DNA from: Branchiostoma floridae
Taxonomy: Eukaryota
Length of the DNA: 64,000 nt
NCBI RefSeq assembly: GCF_015852565.1
Contig: NC_136205.1
Location: 3,066,707 to 3,130,706, forward strand
Reading direction: 5' to 3'
Shown here: positions 53,441 through 61,225 of the stretch, in pieces
How the letters are laid out: each line of letters starts with the position of its first letter
Position numbering within the stretch: position 1 is the first letter of the stretch
Made by a program: the position numbers and the translations under genes
The notes under the pieces: model-generated
Database searches by the model: none
Told to the model about the DNA's origin: nothing
Seen by the model: only the letters and a program-made list of their open reading frames with translations

Positions 53441-54935
53441 TATCTTTGTGTGAATGGCCAGCTATGTGTAGCAGTATGGTTGTTGTAACCATACACTAAC
53501 CTTGTTTGAATGGGTCATGGTTTGTTATGGTTTTGGTGTGTGTGTGCGAAATAGTGGTTTGATCATTACTACAATGGTCTAATCTGATTTTGTACCCCTC
53601 AAAACATGGAGACACCAGAATAATTATTTTTGTAGCAGGTGTGGTTACAGTGATATTGACAAAAACAAGATTTTCTGTAAAACTGCCAAAATGGTGGTGT
53701 GATCATTACAAACATGGATTAATCTGGTTATTTATCCTTCGAAACATGGGGATAGACACCAAAATCAATTTGATACCATGTGAAGTTACTGAGATATTGA
53801 CAAAAAGAAGACTTTTCTTAATAAGTTAATGGCCGCCCTACTTTGCATATTGTGCGTATTGCCTAATGATGACAGAATGGCATAATCCAGATTCTTATAG
53901 AGCACACCTCAGAGGCATAGAAACATCAAAAGAACTTTGTATGAATTACATTGCAAGGTTATGTAAAAATATGGGGTTTGGCAACCAAACTAAGTCTTGT
54001 GTGGTAAGTATCAATGTGGTCGCTATGTTCATGTTGTAACAAAGACATTATAAAATGAAGGTATTGAAGTCAAAAGGCCAGTAACATTCTGTGCATAGTA
54101 AGAAAACAGTTTGTAATATATAGTTGTCAGGCACATGGCAGTATTGTATATCAGTAATAGTATCAAAATGACACAATGAAGAACTGGTAACCTTTAGCGC
54201 AAAACACCTGATCATCTGTAACACTGGACACACAACCATATAAATACAGTGTAGGTCCTAGTCATGACTTCCACTGGCACAATTTAAAGCCACCCTTCAT
54301 TCCAGATATCACATGACATCCCAACCATTTACCCAACATAAATATCAAATCCTATGATAAACATTTACACCAAAACAAGGTACAAACACACACAACCATA
54401 CAACATCGCAATACATCATCGCATATGACTATCAGTACAATAGACAACAAAAACAAGGGTATACATAATCTACAAAAAAAAACATACACATACCACTCTC
54501 TTACGCTAACACACTATCTCCTTCTCCTCCACCTTAGAAACTCGTCTCTTCTTGCGTTTCCCCATGATGACCAAACACGCTCATAACCTCGTATCACAAG
54601 TATAGAGGCTTGTACAGGACTGAAAGCAACACTTTAGCCTTCAGCACCACAACTTATACCTGACCAATCAATACAGCAGCAGATTAAACCAACCTACAAG
54701 CACTCTTAGAACAGAAGCCACTGATGTGATTTGTAACAACAGCACAGCCTGCTGTGACCACAAGCAAGCAGACCTACATGTACTAGTATCATCTGTTTCT
54801 TAGGAACAAATCCACTGCAGGATATCTAAAATTAGACCTGTCACTCAAACAGCCACACAAACCGTCATCTGGGTTCACAACCAAGCAGATATGAGTAGAC
54901 CTGCCCCAACCAAAAAAAAAACAGCATCAGCCTAC

Positions 54936-55505
54936 AGTGTCAAGTTCAAGCACTAGGAGGCCCAAAATCAAACCTGACCACCAGGACACAAGCAACAATC
55001 CACGTAACAAATAGCAACACAATGGCACCTTGCGTTCCGGAGATACAGCGCACGCGCCGTGCCCGCAGAAAAGGTAACCTGGAATGTCAAGTTCAAGCAC
55101 CAAGGGCGCCAAAATCAAAATTGAGAATTATTCAGCCACCACCAACACATGTGCCAAATATCATTGCGCCCGCACCAACCGTTCAGAAGATATAACTCCG
55201 GAAAACCCCCTCCCCGACACAAAATTCGACCTGCCGCGTCAGGTTCAAACGCGACAAGGCCCAAAGTCAATCCTAGGCAACAAGCAACAACTCCCCACCC
55301 ATGCACCGAAAATCGTCGCAATGGCGCGTATCGTTCCGGACACACAGCGCCAAAAGTGCCCCAAAAAACACAAAAAATGCCACCTTCAATATTAAGTTCA
55401 AGCACCAGGAGGCCCAAAATCAAACCTGAGTGTCAAGCTAACACCCCCAACCCACGTACCAAAAATCGTCGTGCTCGCACCATCCGTTCTCGAGATACAG
55501 CGCCC
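54936..55505. repeat. Tandem repeat, about 4 units of 148-154 bp (intergenic)
   Basis: Unit starts gtcaagttcaagcac at 54938, 55086 and about 55392, plus a diverged gtcaggttcaaacgc at 55238. Confidence 0.8.
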
Positions 55506-56542
55506 TAAATCCCCAGCTTCCAAAAGTTCCCACGCCCCTGAAAACCATACCTGCATACATGCAGGTAATTACACAAACATAAATACCCACATACACATAC
55601 ATGTACACACATAATTACACACTGTCAGACACATATAAATACATACACGCGCATACAAGCACTCACATGTAGGATGCAGACAATACCTACATTTGCATAC
55701 ATTATTAAGAATGGTCTGGAGCCTGCCCAAACTGGTTCTTCTGCATGTTTCCTTGTTTATCGCATTTGTGTCCAACCCACCAAACTGGGCGTCTCGGTAC
55801 AACGGTACAACATCTGCTGTATCTAGCTAATAATAACAAGACAGAAGACTTTTGGCTCATCAACCTAAAGACGGTATGTGGTCTTTGAATTCTATAGCTA
55901 TCACTTTTGTGTCTTACATTGGCGGCAAATACGACCAAGTTGTCGTAAGACGTTGAAACTCTTTAATGCTTCTCATTGTGTATATGTCCTCACACACCAG
56001 CAACGATTTTCCAACAACCTGCCTCAACCGTAATCATGCACGTTAGGGTTTTTGCCTTGCCGCCAGGCAAGGCTTTACGCCAGCTTTTTTCCATGGATCA
56101 ATGGACGGACCTTTTAACCCAGCCCTTCCAAAGCCCCTTCCAAAGGCCCTTCTTTCCTTGCCGAGTTTCATGGCTTAGTTAGACAATGGTACATTCCAGA
56201 CGAGTATTAAAACGCTCTTCTAGACGCATGTTACTGTATGTGGTCCAGCGTAATAAATCTACGCTTTAACTCACCATGTTCATATAAATATATATCACAA
56301 ATTGCATCAGAAGGAACTTAGTTTGTAATAAAAAATAATGCATATTCATTGTGGGTCAAAAAGTTTTACAAAACCTGTTTAATGTGCCAATAATTCATCT
56401 GACATAAATTATGATAATGAGGGGGAGGGGGGCGACATGTGGAACTCGGGATTTTTAAGCGTAGAATCTAGTCTAACTTACCAAAATAACATAAAATACG
56501 CGGCAAGGCACAGCTTTTTTAAAAAGATTTCTTGTTTGACAG

Positions 56543-56578
56543 CAGACCTTTTTCGTCTAGTAGTACGTTTCGGCACAG
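56543..56578 (+). CDS. eIF5A-like locus: possible upstream exon (weak)
   Basis: Frame DLFRLVVRFGT + G, loosely like eIF5A VHLVGIDIFTG. Acceptor tttgacag, donor gtaatc. Phase fits the next exon. Confidence 0.3.
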
Positions 56579-56664
56579 GTAATCCCGACTTAGAGATGGA
56601 GGGGGTAGAATGGTGATCCCGTTCTTGAGGAGAGTCACACATGTGCACATCGAGTACCTTTAAG

Positions 56665-56708
56665 GGCCCCACAACATGGAAATTGGTAAGCTAATAAGGG
56701 TTACTTGG
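56665..56708 (+). CDS. eIF5A-like locus: exon encoding GPHNMEIGKLIRVTW
   Basis: Compare eIF5A STHNMDVPNIKRNDF. Acceptor ctttaag, donor gtgagc. Phase 1 to 0. Confidence 0.45.
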
Positions 56709-57316
56709 GTGAGCGTAAGCAGTTCATAACCTTTATAATCTTAAATGAATTATCGACATCCTCGCAAATCAACCTTTGGCTTCAAATAGAGAGTAGTACT
56801 CAATGGCAGGCTCGATCTCATTCAAATGTGCAACATGTAGCGATTTAGTTTAGAAAAAATACACCAGCTTATGTTGAATAGATAACGTCGAAAGAATTGA
56901 ACAATGCTATAGTTGGCTACAGAAATTATTGACCATTATAGTAAAACATTTTACGGAAAGTATACTAGAAATGACTCAAACAGTCCTATGAAATCATAAG
57001 GTTCATTCAAATGCTTAGGTACCTCTGTTCCTTAGAAAGTCAGATAAACTGTACCGACTCACAATAAAGCTTTAACGTTAAACAGAGTACAAGAACAAGA
57101 ACAGTTACTGATCTAATCTGATCCTTGGACTTGCAACTGATCTGTGCTTAGGTGCACACGAGCAACTGCGCAGATGCCTGCTTTACACACGGTCAGACGT
57201 CATCTTGTCAACAATGGACACGAACCTGCTTAGGTTTGAAAAACGTCATCTTGTCAGCAATGGACACGAACCTGCTTAGGTTTGAAAGATGACATTTGGA
57301 ATATTTCCTGTTCTAG

Positions 57317-57454
57317 GTGGTTGCTGCTGACGGTGTCGTCCTGACCGTCTTGGACCGCGTGACCGAAGACGAGAGAGAGATAGAGTTGCCACAGGGCTAT
57401 CTTGGCGACGAGATAAAAACTCGTTTTGATCAATTGGAAAGTTGTATCGACGTG
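57317..57454 (+). CDS. eIF5A-like locus: exon for the C-terminal (OB-fold) domain
   Basis: VVAADGVVLTVLDRVTEDEREIELPQGYLGDEIKTRFDQLESCIDV. Compare eIF5A [44 protein letters not shown]. ttctag/gtaagc, phase 0-0. Confidence 0.6.
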
Positions 57455-58027
57455 GTAAGCCTTGCTTAATACACCTTCAAACATTGTCTAACAGGCTGCT
57501 TTTATTTAGCAGTAAAACTTACGGACTTTTCATATTCACTTTTGGAACAGTCCATTTTTGCATGAGTTGTGAGATGGTTAGATATGCTGTATTTGTTCGC
57601 AAATATTACCCGTCTATTTGAATATTTTTACTTGGATGTCTGATCTCCAGGAGCCCGTGGCGTCCCGATTTTAATTTTTTTTTACACTTATCAGCTCGAT
57701 GAAAAATGGACCCTTCCAGCCGAACGCCATATCAAACAAATAGAATCCCCTGTTCTATTTCGAATACTCGGTCAAAAAGAGCCCTAGTGGGATAGGAGTA
57801 GCTAAAGAAAAAATGCTATGCCTTTTTTGTTGAAGACTACACCGGCCGAGTATAGTTGTTTTGGAAGGGTGGGCGCTACATACGTAGCATTACTTTGTTC
57901 CTGGGAAGGATGCACGTGCAAAGTGTGCGTAGTAGGGGCGGGATTCTGCAGTAGCGAACTTTAATTTTTAGTAGGGTCTTATATTTTGTATATGGATACT
58001 GAAGAGGACCTTCTTTTGTTCCTGTAG

Positions 58028-58093
58028 GTTATAACTGTTGTGTCGGCGTGTGGTGAGGAGAAGGTCATTGGCCACAAAAGCATTGCACACTAA
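58028..58093 (+). CDS. eIF5A-like locus: terminal exon with stop
   Basis: VITVVSACGEEKVIGHKSIAH*. Compare eIF5A [20 protein letters not shown]. cctgtag acceptor. Confidence 0.6.
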   Translation, partial: VITVVSACGEEKVIGHKSIAH

Positions 58094-58121
58094 GTAAGTG
58101 TGCCTTTTACATCGGAGGTAA

Positions 58122-58389
58122 GACAGTCTAATACCCTGGGGGCCAGACAGGATCGGGTAGCTAGCAATTTTTGTTCGGGGACCCAAAGCAGTCAGCCCGC
58201 CGATCTCACATAAGCGCTCCGGGGAGTTCAGCCGGAAGGAGTTATCGCTACGGAAATGGGCAGGTGGACATTCTTCGGGCTTAAACTCCCCGGAGCGCTG
58301 TTAGGAGATCGGCGGGCTGACTGTCTTGGGCCACCGAATGAACTGCCCAAGCTGCCCGATCCCGGCTGGCCCGTTGGGTACAGTCTAAC
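58122..58389. mobile_element. Hairpin (foldback) MITE
   Basis: Left arm: gacagtctaa..ggccagacaggatcggg..gcagtcagcccgccgatctc..agcgctccggggagtt. Its reverse complement forms the right arm. Confidence 0.75.
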
Positions 58390-58639
58390 CGAGCAGTTTG
58401 CAAACTGACATGATACCGGGTACCATTTGCTTCGGTGCCCGCAAGGAGCCCTGATGCCACAAAATGTTCCGGTGGACTGCCGGAGTGACTGGGAGGAGGT
58501 ACCTCTCGGTACTATTATGTTTATTGCAAATTCTTGCAGTAGAAAAGTAGTTGAAAGTTCTATGCACTATTTTCCCATGTTGAAATGTTTTGATTCTGTA
58601 ATACATTCATTCTTTTATTTTTCCTTTTTTTTCTCACAG

Positions 58640-58738
58640 GGTGTTTACGCGATGCACCCATCAGTGTACTACCGTTTGGAACTTGTGAAGAGTTGGGAGG
58701 ACCTGACCACAAAACTTATTGGTGTCAGCAATGTGTAG
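58640..58738 (+). pseudogene. Duplicate of the PARP4 terminal exon (99 nt, intact ORF and stop), 6.3 kb downstream of the real one
   Basis: [32 protein letters not shown], versus exon 39 [32 protein letters not shown]. Preceded by ttctcacag. The upstream approx. 100 bp also resemble 52240-52350. Confidence 0.7.
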
Positions 58739-59810
58739 TAGTCACGTTGTTTTCAGTTCATCTTCCTCTCATGGTTTAATTTTACACATTTTACAATTTC
58801 AACAAATTTACACAGACATTCCTATATGCAACAACATTAGAAGATATACCAATACAAAAACGAGAAGTCACAAATATAAGCGCATCAAATGTACATAAAA
58901 GAAGTCTTACATAGACATACCGCCATCTTAGGACATTTATATAGTCACAAAACAGCAGATGTCGTCATTCTTACAAATACAACAGCTTTCCACATACCTA
59001 AACATGAGAACATATATCACAATACACACAAAAAAGAAGAAAATTGATGGTGGACGTGCAACATAAAAATCAAAAACAGATTCAGTGATGGACTCCAGTG
59101 ATTCCACTGTACGTTGTAGAAACTTTTGATTACCGAATAAAGCTTTGAAGAAATACAGTTTGTAACGCTATACGGTTAACAGAAAACCTTATTATCAAGG
59201 TATAGATTTAAACAACTTGGGAGCTATAGTCTAAAATAAGCTTTTTTTTCAAGTGTTGGCACCATATATGTACATTTATACTTAGGTGTGTTGAGTTTGG
59301 TTCTTGCCCTGAATTGTATGTGACCTTTTTTTAAATTTGAAAAGATGAAGCAAGACCAGAAAACCAAAACATTAACTTAGTTTTGCCTAAAATGTACAAA
59401 ACAGGAACTAGAATATATTTTACACATATCGAATAGCTATGCAACTTGGGTGTATATGTATATGAAAAATGATTATTCTTCAATGTTTTTTTAATGGAAA
59501 CTTAAGTTTCACTGCCTTTGATCTACTTATATCTAATGATATCACTAATTTGAATTTCTCATTTGTACTGAAATATAGGCTTGGTGTATTGTGCGTGTAT
59601 GAAAGTTTAAAAGATGTTCTCTTAAACCTTAATATATCTTAATGGCTCAGACTTCAAGAAAATGACTTAGGTTCCTGCCCTGAGTTGCTTTCCTCCACAT
59701 CTACCCACACTGTATTTACTCCCTCATTTTGAACAATTCCTTTCCAGTTGTAACATTCATCTAGACTAACGTTTTGAACACCTAAATAAACCATCACCAA
59801 CACTCTTTAG

Positions 59811-59816
59811 TTTATT
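59811..59816 (-). terminator. Candidate polyadenylation signal (AATAAA on the minus strand) for the ZU5-UPA-GT gene
   Basis: Plus strand reads tttatt, about 200 nt 3' of the stop at 60018-60020. Position only. Confidence 0.2.
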
Positions 59817-60017
59817 TACACTAATTTTAACTCTGTAAAGATTGTTAGATAGACTTACATTGCTTTCCATGGTCATATGTAAATCATCATTGGGTTTTTA
59901 GCACTTTTATGTACACTATGTAGACTAAAGCAAGCTTATACTGGGCATTTTTCTTCTGTATTCCATTGTCCATCTTGGAATATGGAACTGGCCAGTAGAC
60001 CGATCCTCACAACTGCT

Positions 60018-61225
60018 TTAAAGTCCAAATACGTGTAGGAAGTTTTTATTCGATTCCTCCCAGTACTTCGAATCCAGCAGTTTCTGCTTGAGCCGTTGAG
60101 CAACCTTGAACTCCGTGCTTCTATTCTTCAATATCTGCACAATGCGCGTTTTTAGCCTTGCCACGTCTTCGTGGTCATCGCCACTGATCTCCACAATCGG
60201 GTGCGTGAAATCCAAGTCACCGTCAATCTTATATTGGGCCTTCAAGAACTCTGCAAGCCCCGACTTGCTGGAAACGACCGTAGGGACACCCGCAGCGATG
60301 GCCTCGAGGCCAACCAGTCCGAATGGCTCTGCACGTGACGGCATCAGAACAACATCTGCCCTTCCCATCTCTTCGCACAGCTCTTCCTGTGTGCAATACT
60401 CCAGAGGGGTGAAGGGAACAAACTCAAATTTACCTTTGTTGGCGTTGATGATCTCCTGTGTTTTTTCAAAATCCCCTTTCTTGATGCCACACAGTCGCCA
60501 CTTCGTGTTGGGTAGTTCCTCGATCACATCTCCCATGCTCCGTGCTGAAAGATCGTAGCCTTTCAACCTCTCCACACCCTTGACCCTACCGATGGACAGC
60601 ACCACTCTTGTGTCGGTCTCCGCGGGTGGTTCCATATTGGCCTTGCTGAATATGTCGGACGGTTTAGGCAAAAACTGGATCCGTTTTAGTTGTTTGACTT
60701 GCTTTGTCTGATGCGTGTAGTAGTCGTGCAACCTTGGACCTACTGAGACGACAACACTTGCATCTTTAAGGTCATCCAGAATGCTCGCATGCTCCTTTGC
60801 TATCTCCTGCACTCTCTCTGTACTTTTGTAGTGGCTCGTGTTTTCAGGGATGACGTGTGTGACTTGGGCGAGTTTGGCGTCAGGAAGGCGGTCCTCCTTG
60901 ATTCGTTTTGCTGCGCGGCTTGTGATGTTAACGTGACCGACGATGAAGTCTACATCTTCCGGTAAGTGTGGATAATAAGTCAGATGTTGCCGGGTCAGCC
61001 ACTTAAGGTTTGGGGTTTCGTCGTCATCTTCGGTTCTTGGAAAGATCAGCTGAACCCCATCAGCAGCTGCATCATCCTTGTCCTTCTGGTTGGCCTGTAA
61101 GACTGTGCTGTAGACCTTTGCCCCTTTCAAAGCCAGAAAGCGCGCCGTCTGGCGGTGGATAGTGGATATGCCCCCTTTGGAGGTCCCATACTCATCGTTG
61201 AGCATCAACACCACGGGCTTTCCCC
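60018..61225 (-). CDS. ZU5-UPA-GT gene terminal exon: complete GT4-type glycosyltransferase domain (about 400 aa) in one exon
   Basis: Track ORF 60018..61244. Gly-rich N-terminal motif: KPVVLMLNDEYGTSKGGISTIHRQTARFLALKGAKVYS. E-x7-E motif EPFGLVGLE at 60303-60329, followed by AIAAGVPTVVSSKSG. Acceptor ctgtttaaag at 61226-61235, phase 1. Confidence 0.85.

Noticed and set aside
55084-55508. 103-aa, 102-aa and 119-aa ORFs in the intergenic region
   Set aside because: They run through the approx. 150-bp tandem repeat and have proline/basic low-complexity composition with no homology or splice context.
60106-60558. 150-aa plus-strand ORF
   Set aside because: It is antisense to the strongly supported glycosyltransferase exon. 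Its Ser-rich composition is typical of antisense shadows.
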